Below are positions 25,001-36,762 of a DNA stretch of 64,000 bases, in pieces. The stretch's first letter is position 1; each line of letters opens with the position of its first letter. The notes below the pieces were generated by a model. It made no database searches. It was given only the letters and a program-made list of their open reading frames with translations, and was not told where the DNA came from. The position numbers and the translations under genes are program-made. The DNA lies in the NCBI GenBank assembly GCA_020137815.1, contig CM035359.1:4402001-4466000 (forward strand). The letters run 5' to 3'. Source of the stretch: Hormiphora californensis. Lineage: Eukaryota > Animalia > Ctenophora.

Positions 25001-28000
25001 TTGTTTAGGGTCCGTGCCCCACTGCTGCACCTCTTAGTACCTCACGGTACCTCACTAGTCACGGTACCTCACTAGTCACCATGCACCTCATAGTACCTCA
25101 TTATACCCTGTTTTATTCCCTGGTTTATTGTTGTCCGGAGTGAACGATTATAGAACACCAGAATCCACCCTCACGTCCCCTGAAACCCTCAGGGTGAGTG
25201 ACAGGGACCATATTAGGACGACGTTAAATACACTCGAGCATCTTACAAATCTGAGCGGGTGAGAGAGAGAGAGATGGGGTGAGACTGCTGCATACACACA
25301 CGGACATCAATTTCTTAGCTTTCACCTCCCCGCTGAGTGAGATTGGGAGATCGAGAGTAAGGATCATTCACATGCTGTAACGCGCGGTACCAAAATGGTA
25401 GAGTAACTCGCGCGCAGTTGTTTAACCATGATATCATTACGAATTGGTAATTTGGGCGGGGGACTCCCCAAATTCACCGTGGCACAGTGGTATATGTAGT
25501 TTAAGGGCCAGGGGTCGAAAGTTTTTTATTTGAGCCTATATGGTAGCTTGTCGACCCTAGAATTCAGTGCACCCGTCACTCATGCATTAATTTTTTGAGG
25601 AAAGTGGCGTTTTTACAAAAAAAGGTCATTGCATTGTGATCACTCTTCCAGTCGTCGGCCTCCCCTACTTTTCAATCGGGGTCGACGACTGGAAGAGGGG
25701 GGGGGGNNNNNNNNNNNNNNNNNNNNNNNNNNNNNNNNNNNNNNNNNNNNNNNNNNNNNNNNNNNNNNNNNNNNNNNNNNNNNNNNNNNNNNNNNNNNNN
25801 NNNNNNGAGAGAGAGAGTTACCTTTTGATTACCTTTTGATTGTTCAGGCCATAAGGGCTAGGTATCAAAACTGTTATCAGAGTTCCTCTAGAGGCTAGCC
25901 ATTCCAATATACTGTTGTAGGTCTGGCAGCCGTTACCCCTTATTGGGGGTTCATCGGGGATTGTATCAGGAATTATCAGGGCCGTTTGGCCCCTTCGAGA
26001 TCCCTTTATCCTTAACCTCCCGAGGGGTGCTGCTGCATGAAATTAAGAGAGCGACAGCTGTGGAGGTACAGGAATTGGAAAAGGAGTGAGTTTTTATCCT
26101 CTAGATTAGATGGACGATTTACCAAGGGGTCTCGAACAACAGCTCCCCTTCCCCCGATTCCCGGAATGGAGAGGGTATATGGTTAGGTATGAGAGGCCCG
26201 CCCGGTTATCTCCAGAATGAGGAAGAGATTCTTTATATCGTTTCGTTCTCCCTGCAATTGAGGTAAAGGTCAAACACGCGGTAAATCTTTCCCAGTAATA
26301 ATTGAGAGATGCAAGTCCATTGATTTTAGGCAGTGAAGGGAACTCTGCAGAAGCGTTCGAGAACGGCCGATTGTCACCCAACTGAGTGGAGGACCAAATA
26401 GGAGCACATATTGAGTTGAGGCCCTCACAAAGGACTTAGTAGAGTGAGCATAGTATCCTTGTCTATAGTTTCAAATGACCGGAGTAGATGGTAGTTAATT
26501 CTAATCACAGGGGTTGGGGGACTCGCCCGTACAGTCACCTGAACTATGACACTAATCAGAGTACGAGCTGTACGACTCTGTTAGCAATATGAAACACATA
26601 TTGTGGTAAAAGCGGATGGGTGGAAATTGGGTAGGTGGGGAAACACCTCCGGGGCGTGGGAGGTCATTACAAGTCAAAACACGGATATTATATATAAAAT
26701 TCATATATGCCATATTGTAATGATATGGTTTAATGCAGGTTGAGGCATATTACATTGCAGTGTGTACACTATAACACTACTACAGTAGTAGTGAGATACA
26801 AGGTGTACTACTTGTGTACAAGGTGTGACATACATTATACAAGGTGTACCTACTTGTGTGTTATTGTGTACAAGGTGTGACATACATTATACAAGGTGTA
26901 CTTAAATAAGTATAGTGTTGTGTGTTTGCATAGAGGTCTAATGCATTAAATTATATTGTGTCACAATTGTACACAAGTCTACGGAGGAAGGCTCTTATAC
27001 TGGTGTCTGGTTGTTCTGTTCTAACCCTTCTTCCTAACACAGTCTAGCTAGGCAAGAACCCTCTTATACTGGTGTCTGGTTGTTCTGTTCTAATCCTTCT
27101 TCCCAACACAGTCTAGCTAGCCAAGTGTCTGGCATAATAGAGCCCAAACACTATATTAAATAGGACGCATAGTGCATATTAATACAGATTATGTAAAGGG
27201 TAGCTACCCTAGTTTGTGATATTTTTCCAATGTTTAGATCTGCATGTAATTGGAAGGAAGACATGCTCTCTAGATGATAGTTAATAGTACCCACTGTTAG
27301 GCCCTTGCCAGCCCCTCAAGTCACTACATGAGACGGTGCCACTGCAGTCTACAGTGTTAGGGTACTATCCTGAAAGTCTCCAGAAAGTGTTGTTGTACAG
27401 TGTAATGGATTGAATAGAAATGACCGTATAACATCAACTCGACATGATAACAGTAGATCGTTTATATTTATCAAGTATCATTTTAGTATCTAAATCATAC
27501 TTCATACTACTTACTAAGCAAATTGTGTGACACATGTCACCTAGCAACTACACTTGCACGTGCAATTTTTAGAGCAACTTAGAAACCTCACTCCCAGTTG
27601 CAGTTTTGGGTACCAAGGGCCAATTCAATTCTGCACGTGCATTCTTTTACCTCTGTCCTGATGTCTAGCTCTTCCACCCCAAGCGCTATTCGGCAACGGT
27701 TATATAGGTCCAGAAGATCTGCTGCTGTCAGGGAGCAGGCTAGAGAATATGACAGATTACGCCAACGTGTTCAAGCGAGCCAATCAACGGATAACGACTA
27801 CGGATAGTTTTACCCAACGTCGCCCAAGGGTGATTACTCCAGTCGAATATAGAAATCTCCGAATCGGCTACATAGCGGCGAAGTTTTCACGTGATGAGTT
27901 TCTGGAACAGCACTGCACCTCCATGACATTGATCTATTAAATTCGCACCTTGACATTGTCAGGAAGCCCAGAGCGTACAACAATATGGGTAGGGAAAAAG

Positions 28001-28305
28001 TGAGAGATAGTCTAGGAACGGATGGTGCATGTGATGTCAGCGTTCCCTAATCCAGCTACCATTTCCCCGAAATTCGCCCGTAGGGCGAACGGGCCTACTA
28101 GTTTTTAATATCTAAAATCATATTTGCCCCCGGAAACTAGTTATGTACCTACACTGCGTTTTGAGGTAGTGTAAAACTGCAAGCTAGTGTAAAGTTTTCT
28201 AATTCATTTTCCATGGCGCTTTATATCCTGTATATATATTACTTCCTACAGATATTCTTACACTGCGGTACAGATCAGAGAGGAGAGAGAGAGAGAGGGA
28301 GAGAG

Positions 28306-28336
<31 letters not shown>

Positions 28337-28401
28337 GGGAGAGAGAAAGGAGAGAAAGATAGAAAGAGAGAGAGCGAGAGAAAGATAGAAAGAGAGAGGG
28401 A

Positions 28402-28489
<88 letters not shown>

Positions 28490-28490
28490 T

Positions 28491-28527
<37 letters not shown>

Positions 28528-30064
28528 GTTTTTGCCTCTGAATGTTTACACACTAGCGGATACGGATGTATCTCCTCTGATTTACTTCAGATATTGCAGT
28601 TCACAGAGATGCCTGGTGAAGACCCAACAATAATATTTAACAGTATGATCCCGGTGTTGGTTTGTTTAAACCCTTTTTATTTTTCCCGCATGGGGCACGG
28701 GCAAATATTCAATGCTCTAGGCACGGTGGTCGGTGGGTCGAATAAGCTGCAAGAGCTTGTGGATAATTCTATGACTAATTCTCTCCACATGTGTGTTTCA
28801 TGTGGTACAGGAATGTATGAAGGTATGCAGCATTATAATATGAAGTGTTAATTAGAGATATATCTGTAACATGGAAAACATATTGTATGAAGCCCTAACA
28901 TAACAAATAAAGTGCTATCGCATGATACACGACTATAATAGCAATGAAAGCAATTCTTTGGACTTTCAAAAATGGTTAATTTTCTAGATTTCTTTTCACA
29001 CTTTTTGCCCCAAGATCTTTGTGTTTTTATCACCTTTTTTAAAGGAACACCCTGTGTTTAAATCACCTTTTTAAGGAACACCCTGTGTTTAAATCACCTT
29101 TTTAAGGAACACCCTGTGTTTAAATCACCTTTTTAAGGAACACCCTGTGTTTAAATCACCTTTTTTAAGGAACACCCTGTGTTTAAATCACCTTTTTAAG
29201 GACTCCCTTCCTGAGCAGACTGTGTTTCTTGGGAGACATAACAAAGTAGTGGGTTTCATCTTTATAGTAAACAATATTCTCCAGACCGATACCCAGCTCA
29301 GTGTAGAGATCTGTGAAAAACTCCTGGTAGAGGGAAGCAGGGTGTTAGGAATGGGAGGAGTAGGGGGAGTTAGGATTATATTTGGGGCGGGGGGGGGGGG
29401 GGGCGGGGGGAGTTAGGGTTGTCATTTGGGAGGGGTATCATGGGGAGTTAGGATTGTCATTTGGGAGGGGTATCATGGGGAGTTAGGATTGTCATTTGGG
29501 AGGGGGGCAGGGGGTTAGGATTGTCATTTGGGAGGGGGGCAGGGGGTTAGGATTGTCATTTGGGAGGGGGGCAGGGGGTTAGGATTGTCATTTGGGAGGG
29601 GGGCAAGGGGTTAGGATTGTCATTTGGGAGGGTGGCAGGGGGTTAGGATTATATTTGAGATGAACAGATGGTGTCATATATGTATGACTAACATGTAACA
29701 TGAGAATATCAACAAAACTATATAAAATAGACATGACATCACAGGATGGGCCGTGATGACATGTGTGTTAGGATGGGCCGGGTGTTACAACGACAGACAG
29801 ACAAATATATAACCTGATCGTATATGAATGCTTTCCCGCTGATTTCTGCAATCGTCAGTTCCTCAGTGGTTCCTCTATTTACAAAGTTTACTGTCATCCC
29901 TATAGCTTGTTGACCTGGGTTAGGATGTTGTTTATTCGTTAGTTGTGGTTACAAGTTGCCTGATTCATAGAAGAATTTATAAACATTAGGACAATAATGA
30001 AAAGTGAGAAAATAAATAGAGAGAGATAGGGAGGCAGAGAGAGATACGGAGGCAGAGAGAGAGA

Positions 30065-30155
<91 letters not shown>

Positions 30156-30720
30156 GGAGCACTGTATTATATCGAATGTAGATAGGCAGATCTGTAAGTT
30201 GATTAATCAACCCCAGCTCCATAGTCCTCTACTCCCTCTGTTCTGCCTCTGTTGACTGTTCTGCCTCTGTGATCTAACTGTATAATTCTCTATCTAGATA
30301 GAGATATATCTCTTGCTTTCGCTACCTCTCTTGTCTCTTTCTTTTTTCTCTCTTTGCCACCATCTCTCACTCAATTTCATAATCTCCCACTCCAAACTTG
30401 GCCATACAGATATGAGATATATCAGATCAGCTGTACTCGAAACAAAATTGTCACACTACCACCACAAACACGGTATGTTGGATGATGTAGAACCCTCGAG
30501 GGAGAAGATAACAGATAAAACTCACCACTGCACTTTGGGGGGGGGGGGTCGAGCCCCAAAAACGTGGCATCTCCCATTTCCCACTTACCTCTACATTCTG
30601 GTTTATGCTGGAACAATGGAAGAACGTGGTTCCTCCCACTAGCCTGTACCATACCATGCCAACCCCACTTTGGCAGTCCGGGGGGATGCGGTGCCACGTT
30701 GACTCCCCAACCTGAGGGAG

Positions 30721-30763
<43 letters not shown>

Positions 30764-30770
30764 GGAGGGC

Positions 30771-30801
<31 letters not shown>

Positions 30802-32854
30802 AATAAACCGTGAGGTTATAATGTGTGCTGCCCAAGCTATTCCTACTATACTATACTATTCCTGTTAATATTTATATATATCGGAGCTATAGGGGTACAT
30901 CATGTATTCTATATTTGTAGGTCCCAAATCAGGTCTTCTGTCGGGGTTCTCTCACTTTTTAATCTCATTATTTAGCTATACTGAGAGTCTCAGTGTAGTC
31001 TGAGGCTTCCATCAGTCGACAGTCGAATTGCATTTAAACGGAGACCGGGCTCTAAATAATACTTCTCGAATGTTCCATTTTAGAGCCATCCGTTGATTTA
31101 TTAATTATGGACAAAGAAAGACTCGGAATTGAGACTATCATAACTAAGTAATACAACTGTATCATGAGACTATCATAACGTGAAAACACACGAACCTTTA
31201 GAGCTATTAGGAGGATCCTCGACACTCCTGAATTCCACTCCAATATGAACGTGAACCCCCAATAAACAACACACTTTCAGCAGGATCAGCTGGAGCTGTC
31301 TGATACCTGAAATATATAGGCACCAGAGTTAGTCAGGTAGAATATATAATACCATTTGATGTGAAGAAATATACTGTACGAGACAGTATGGAAAAGTTTT
31401 GGCTTTAGATCATACAATTGAGAGAAAGGTGGCATCCAGTATGTGTAATAAACACATTTTATTATCATTGAAATCTGAACTATGAAGTAATAAACAAGGT
31501 AAACACGAGATATGTTGGTACTGGAAATAAAATTAACCGTAGCTTTCAATTACACTTGGGTAATCTTCATCAGAAGTATGAAGTAGACGGTACATTTTTA
31601 AACTCTACTATAGTATGCATTTTCCAGTGTTATCTCACATGCACTGTATGTGCTCAAAAAGTGCTTGCTCTAAGCAATGAAGTATGTGGATGAAAATTGA
31701 GTGCTTCAGACATGGTCTATAAATAGTTCTCACAGTGTTATATATCTCCCATCTAAACTTCACATGCAATGCCACATATATTATTCGATCAGGCTATCAA
31801 TATATATTGCCCTATAATATAAGTATGTTAGAACGTTCCGCATCCACCCACACATGTTCAATAATAGGGGAATCTCAACCAATCAGAACTCGTTATTTAG
31901 GTCACGTGACTGGTTATGAGCCAATCAGGGACCAGTATTCAATAGTAGGGGAATCTCAACCATTCATTGTCACCAATGAAAGGGTGATATAATAATGAAA
32001 CATTTTGTTCATTTCTCATTGTACCAAACAGTCACACCCAGTAGTCACACCCTCCATCTCTCCCCACACTCTCCCTTTACCTCTATTAATAACGTCTACA
32101 TCTCTCCCCCTTTGTGCAGAGAGTCTCCGCTCACACACCCAGGAAATGGCTCATTGAACGTACACTATAATGTGTTATCATTATAGGTGCATTTGTATTG
32201 TACTTTTCTCTTCTTTCTTCACCCCTCATTATAATATAAGTCTTCTAATAGAAGATAGAGCTAGTATCTGAATGGAGTGCATCCTCATCTCCATCTTTTA
32301 TCTCTCCTTCTTCTCTCTTATCTCTATCTTCTTCCTCTCTATCTTTATTCTTCCTCCCCGTCACATTACTATCATTCTCGTCTCCTCTCATGTCTTTCTA
32401 TTCTGTTATTGAGATAGCAGCCTCTCTCTATCTTTTCATTGCGTAGCCTCGTCCTCTCTCTCTCTCTTCTCTACTTCCTCAGCGTAGGCAAGCGTGCATC
32501 CGTTCTGCTCGCTGATGCTGCTCGCGTCCTCCATCGGCTCAGCATCTGTCTTACATCGCCGCATGCACGAGAGACAGCTCTGGAGCACGAGTGTAGAGAG
32601 GTTCGGCTGACGGAGACGTTTCTCTCGCGCGAGCCGTAGATGTGAGAGAGCCGTAGGGATCGCAGTGCGGATCGAGACGGCGAGCGGTAGCGCAAGAGTA
32701 GGAGCACAGGTCGAAGACATGAGAACTGAGCGAGACGAGTGGATGGAAGAGCTCGAGACGAAAGAGAGCATGCAGATCGAAAGCTCGAGAGAGAAGAGGC
32801 GATAGATCGAGAGATCCTCTCAGTCGACGTCATCTGCATGCTTCTATCTCTACT

Positions 32855-32950
<96 letters not shown>

Positions 32951-33929
32951 GCTCGTGTCTCTAAACTATACCCCCACAATGGCTACCATATATAGAAACT
33001 TCAATTGAGCAACTGTATGTGATAATGGTAATGGACTGAATCCTCCAGAGAAATATTGAGGAGCTCGTTAAATGGTTGTAGACAAGTTTCAATTTTCGAA
33101 TACTCGGCTGGTTGGTAAGATGCTACAATATATAATCACGTACTGACAACACTACAACATCACATACTGATGTGGTTGATGCTCCCAGCACAAAACTGCC
33201 CATAGAACTTCTTTGCTCCCAGTTTCAGTAGATCCTCGATGGTGAATTGCCACAAATGTAAAACATTATTTCGAGTTGCACTCGTCCTTTTTTCAATGAT
33301 GTGAGCTTCACTACCTGTCAAAAAAGGGGTCATTTGCATGATTAAGGGGAAACCCGAAATACTTGTATTCAACGTCTGGCAACATGGCTCAGGTCGCGAG
33401 ACTCTGGTTAAAGAGGAATCTCTAACTTTGAGAGGAGAGGGCACAAACAAGTACTTGTGAGAGTGTGCTCTGCCAATTTATTGGATAAATCAGTACCTAG
33501 TAAAGCACATTCTATGGCCATTCGAAGACCGACAGGTCCAGCTCCAATTACTAAAATTTTCTTTCCGGTGGCGATAACATTTCCGCGGTATTCAGCCTGT
33601 TTCGCCCTTTCATCCAATATATCCCATATCGATTGAGCACGCCAGTGGGTTATCCTCTTTTTTAGCTGGTGGTAAAATGCTATGGACTGGTTCGACTGAT
33701 GGGTCGGGATCTGAAAGGGAGATATTAAAAAGCAATAGCATGGGAATAAAAACTTGCCAGCACCGTACTAGGTTTGTAAAACTATGCATGTAGTTATTAG
33801 TCAATGATTAATAATTATAATCATATTGGGTACCTTATTTTCAATCTGTTTGAAGACATCAAGGAGCTCTTCTTGAGTTTTAGCAGACACAAAAGCATCA
33901 AACAGCTTCTCGATGGGCTTGCCAGACAT
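7095..33929 (-). CDS. MICAL: MICAL-family F-actin monooxygenase (FAD monooxygenase, CH and LIM domains, long disordered tail); multi-exon gene
   Basis: GT-AG exons with consistent phases: 33929-33834; 33710-33497 ([21 protein letters not shown], GxGxxG); 33314-33168 ([24 protein letters not shown]); 31306-31196 ([10 protein letters not shown]); 30711-30589; 29914-29814 ([10 protein letters not shown]); 29323-29192 ([16 protein letters not shown]); [~60 codons unresolved near the gap]; 17587-17507 (LVGDSLLE); 17374-17290 ([14 protein letters not shown]); 16984-16900; 16731-16603 (YTIDPNTRY); 14060-13797 and 13590-13404 (CH: [19 protein letters not shown]); 12191-12070 and 11836-11696 (LIM: [21 protein letters not shown]); 11464-8477; 7161-7095. 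Confidence 0.93.
7134..8000 (-). repeat. 62-bp tandem repeat (~14 copies) spanning the acceptor of the last MICAL exon
   Basis: Minus-strand unit TTGGTAGTTGTACTAAAACCCCTATTTTTCAG|TTCACCYCACTCCGACAGGATCGGACAGTG; period 62 (starts at 7134, 7196, 7258...). Extra partial copy at ~8111-8150. Confidence 0.95.
8000..8470. repeat. (CAAA)n/(CAGA)n compound microsatellite in the last MICAL intron
   Basis: Direct tetranucleotide runs. Confidence 0.9.
8477..11464 (-). CDS. MICAL: MICAL large exon encoding a ~1000-aa Ser/Thr/Pro-rich disordered region
   Basis: Core of ORF 8119..11565, bounded by a ccctgcag acceptor and an AA|gtatgt donor. Internal peptide repeats (DVTRCQGS x3, TKPVTME x3-4). Confidence 0.85.
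12303..13226. mobile_element. Non-autonomous Tc1/mariner-like element (~924 bp)
   Basis: ~80-bp imperfect TIRs TTAGGTTGTTCCATAAATATTGTCCTTCGGTGG... / ...CCACCGAAGGACAATATTTATGGAACAACCTAA with a TA TSD. The empty site is visible in the paralogous copy at ~12165-12180. Confidence 0.8.
14191..16633 (-). repeat. 36-bp minisatellite (~68 copies) made from the MICAL exon 16731-16603 donor junction
   Basis: Minus-strand unit CCCCTAGTACATCAACAA(A/G)TATCAAACAG|GTAGGGT; the first copy is the real exon end. Confidence 0.97.
19625..20563. mobile_element. Foldback element with ~455-bp near-perfect inverted arms (Academ-like termini)
   Basis: TAGTAGAGGCAATAATTACAG...CTGTAATTATTGCCTCTACTA with a short loop near 20080-20108 and an ATA 3-bp TSD. 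ORFs 19777..20055(-) and 20133..20411(+) are mirror images. Confidence 0.85.
20718..21066. mobile_element. MITE with ~85-bp TIRs
   Basis: CTCACTTTCTCCAAGGGAGAAAGA... / ...TCTTTCTCCCTTGGAGAAAGTGAG. Confidence 0.7.
21291..21361 (-). pseudogene. tRNA-Gly(TCC)-like pseudogene or SINE head
   Basis: GCGGGGTGGTGTAGTGGTAGCACACTGGCCTTCCATGCGCTAGGTCCAGGGTTCGATTCTGGTCTAGCGCA: A box, B box and a CTTCCAT loop are present, but acceptor and anticodon stems pair poorly. Confidence 0.6.
21923..22249 (-). CDS. Secreted single-domain beta/gamma-crystallin-like protein (108 aa), intronless, nested in a MICAL intron
   Basis: Signal-peptide-like [18 protein letters not shown]; two Greek-key motifs (LFRHYGYGG...NDQVSS; CFEHYNFEG...NDEMSS); TATA-like TTTATAAA ~45 nt upstream. 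Confidence 0.85.
   Translation of the reverse strand: MKLFIVLCATLLVTAVHCDCPLETLVLFRHYGYGGEFRILTEDTPRLGGVSGEMEFNDQVSSYWAACGNWKCFEHYNFEGDFIVIEEGAQGGVPSLWNDEMSSCQKIV
22541..23074 (+). mobile_element. Non-autonomous Helitron
   Basis: Starts A|TCTTACTATATAAT; ends with hairpin GCCATCC-GTA-GGATGGC then CTAG|T; internal GATCAGATCACCC repeats. Confidence 0.7.
23800..24300 (+). mobile_element. Degenerate LINE (CR1-type) reverse-transcriptase fragment
   Basis: Frameshifted remnants readable as ..LTGR..SGVPQ..VLAPLLF..IRLFAD.. Confidence 0.45.
25707..25806. other. Assembly gap (100 N)
   Basis: Run of N. Confidence 1.
27600..28101 (+). mobile_element. Helitron-like fragment (3' end plus possible Rep N-terminal remnant)
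   Basis: 3' hairpin TTCGCCC-GTA-GGGCGAA followed by CTAG|T at 28098-28102; upstream Arg-rich broken ORF (RQRLYRSRR...[12 protein letters not shown]). 5' end not defined. Confidence 0.45.
29020..29203 (-). repeat. 31-bp tandem repeat (~6 copies) spanning the donor of MICAL exon 29323-29192
   Basis: Minus-strand unit TTCCTTAAAAAG|GTGATTTAAACACAGGGTG. Confidence 0.9.
29405..29660 (-). repeat. ~31-bp G-rich minisatellite (minus strand CCCCTCCCAAATGACAATCCTAACCCC) just upstream of a MICAL acceptor
   Basis: ~8 direct copies of GGGGGTTAGGATTGTCATTTGGGAGG. Confidence 0.85.
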
Positions 33930-34799
33930 CACATTTTTTTAGGTTCTGGGTACATACTAATGATGTTCAACATCAGATAATAACATTTGAAATACAGGAG
34001 AACATCAATAGATAAACGATAAATCTAACACATTCCAGTCTCGAGGAAACTAGAGTCAACAGCGTGTTCGTTGTCAACTTTGTTCTTAATAGGAGAGTCT
34101 GCACTCTGTGAAGTGTGAGGAACTGAATAAAAAGTTCCTCCGATAATCTTGTAAGATCATCATCATCATCATACGAATATTTAATATTCCGCTTTGTAGT
34201 CTACTGCTAGAAGAGCACTTACATATGCTAAATCACACACAGGCAAAACTAACGACTTTCTAAAGCGGTGGAGCCTACTTCGAATCGCTCGGTAACACAC
34301 ACAATTGTATAAGCCCAGGCCATTCGAAGGAGGCTCCAATACACACAATTCAAGAAACTAATTAGAATAATTAATGTCTGTTGTCAATTAAGTCCTTGTA
34401 TATACAATTTATATAACTATAAGAGTCCAGATCTTCATGCATTAGATAATTAGTTAATAAATTAGTAGTTAATAAGTTAGTTAAAAACACGCATACACAC
34501 ATACTTCACTTCACACTTATGTCTTATTTCGCAATTTAAACCTCTGATTAAATAACATGGCACAGTTTGCAATTGTCTATGAAACGGGATCAGTTCATAT
34601 ACATAAGATAGTAAGCATGCCTTAACAGGTAGGTACCTAGCTCGTGGCCTGCCGCCAGACCCCGTTTTGAGTCTCAAAACGCGATAGTGCGCTCGAAATT
34701 GAGATTGGGTCGGTGCCGCCAGACAAACTGACACCTTTGCCTGCGCTACAGTCCCCCAGCAGACAGCAGTCCTCCAGCAACGCATTTCAGATTTCAAGT

Positions 34800-35065
34800 C
34801 TAGGGCGGGCGCCGTTACGATCTGGGTGTTTGGAGGCCTGTTTACAGGTGCGCGCTGCCAAAAAAGTTGATTCGCTAAAACGGCTCTAACCGCCGAACCA
34901 CTCAACCGTTTTGGCTAATTCAAAGTTTATCTGGTAGAGAATGTCAAGCCCTAACCCCAACCCAAACCCCAACCCTAACCCTAACCCCACTTTAGCCCTA
35001 ACCCTAAAAAACCGTTTGTCAGCACTCCCAAAACACCCAGATTTTAACGCTGGCCGTCCAGGGCG
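34800..35065. mobile_element. MITE with internal (CCCTAA)-like tract; related inverted copy at ~39100-39380
   Basis: Imperfect TIRs GGGCGGGCGCCGTTACGATCTGGGTGTTTGG / CCAAAACACCCAGATTTTAACGCTGGCCGTCC; TTTACAGGTGCGCGCT is shared with the reverse complement of ~39315-39335. Confidence 0.5.
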
Positions 35066-35391
35066 GGCCTGGTAAAAAAATGTGCACACTGGTGCAGCTT
35101 TGAAAATTTACAGGCGAAATCTTGGTGCGCGTAAAAAAACAACCCCAACACCGTCACGCGCAAAAATAAAATTGACGCCGCGCATGCGCGCGCTGTTTTT
35201 TGCTTTAAAAAATCCGATCCCGGCCGGATTGTTCACTAAAGTCGGATTTTTTGAAGTTGTCACCCCAAAATGACCGCGCATGTGAAATTTATCAATTTTG
35301 ACGCGCACACCACACGTTAACATGTGATGTGACGCGCAAAAACATTCCGCGCACGAAAAGGGGGGTGACAACTTCAAAAAATCCGACTTTA

Positions 35392-35522
35392 AAGTGTAAG
35401 CGAAACAACAACGAACTGGCTGCGCGTCCCGCAACGTTGCGCATGTGAATCTCTCCGGTGAGATCGTTATGCGCAACGAATGCGCGACGCGCAGCCAGTT
35501 CGTTGTTGTTTCGCTTACACTT
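35392..35522. mobile_element. Palindromic 131-bp MITE
   Basis: AAGTGTAAGCGAAACAACAACGAACTGGCTGCGCGTC...GACGCGCAGCCAGTTCGTTGTTGTTTCGCTTACACTT flanked by TA. Confidence 0.7.
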
Positions 35523-36762
35523 TAGGCTTCCCTATCTGTGTTTTCGAAACTATGGGACTTCGGTCAGTTTGTGTGCTGATCGGGAGTCTAAAAGAAGATG
35601 GAGAATGTGTCAAACTCCGCTAGCCGACCACAGGGAGGATGCCGAAACCCATTTTCTTAAAAAGGGTTTTTTGATTTGATTTGATAAGAGCGGTTGCCAT
35701 GGGCGTGAACCCCTGTTGGGGACCCTACGCACAGGGCCAATCACTTAGTGATACCAGCACCGCTAATGATGGCCGTGAGGTATGAGGGGGCGGGAGTTCC
35801 CATTTGTGGGGCCGACTAGAAATGGGAAGGGTTATGGGGGGCATAACCCTGGTGGGGAAAGGCGACTGCTGCGGGGGAGGTGAGGGGGGTTGCAGCAGTC
35901 GTCTTTGGGATGCGCTGCATTGCGCGCTTCTATGTCGTTGTACACATTGCAGTCCTTCCTTTTGATTTTTGTTGTACTGGTTTCTAGGTATGTTGGTTGG
36001 TTGGTTGGTATGAGCGGCTGGTGATTTGGGGGCCTTGTTAGAGGCTCTCCTGTTGACCATGAGAGGCTTCCCTGGTTTGGGATTTGCCGCCGCTGGGGGG
36101 TTAGATTGCGCACGTGTTTAAAGCTAACACTATCACTAAGGTCTAAAACATTGATGCGGTGTAATATCAGTAAGCACTAAGATTTGAACGTCAAAACTTC
36201 AAATGTGGCACCCCATTTTCTGAGGTGAGATTGCAACTTCGACAGCACTTGCTATTTCTGGTGTCAAGGTGGCAATATATCTTCAACTGGAATACATATA
36301 AAAGCTGTTTTCCAATCGCAAAATTTCCATACTAAATGGTAGAGCATGTTTTATTTGGTCCTGACTCGTAATTCGGGGGATGATAGCCAAGTGCCAACCA
36401 TTATGAATCCCTCTAATATAAGTTATTTTGAAGAATATAGCCAAAAAAGTTCTTAGTTTTGATGTTCTTAGTTTTAGAGTTCCTTAGTTTTTCTACAGTC
36501 TTAAGTTTTTGGTTTCTTTCATGATTTTCTTGAAGATTATTACCGGTTTACTACAGTGCACCGCGGTAATGTAATCCTCATGACATTTACGTACATACCT
36601 GCTGGAATTCATAATTTGATTTGCCAGTAGTTGACATGTGAAACGATGGTCTAATTGGTTCTATATTAAACTCTAAAGGATTTGTCTGTTGAAGATGTAC
36701 TTGTAAAACCTCCTCAATTAGGGTGGGCGGGGTGGGGCGGCGGGGTGGGGTGGCGGGTTTTT

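Noticed and set aside
32435-32850. Odd AG/CT/CG-rich ORF-bearing stretch (similar at ~490-640 and 23480-23780)
   Set aside because: Adjacent to (AG)n/(CT)n tracts; looks like degenerate microsatellite or base-calling noise, with no protein features.
34945-35010. Telomere-like (CCCTAA) tracts here, at ~39140-39200 and at 53340-53500
   Set aside because: Short, degenerate and internal to MITEs or introns; not telomeres.
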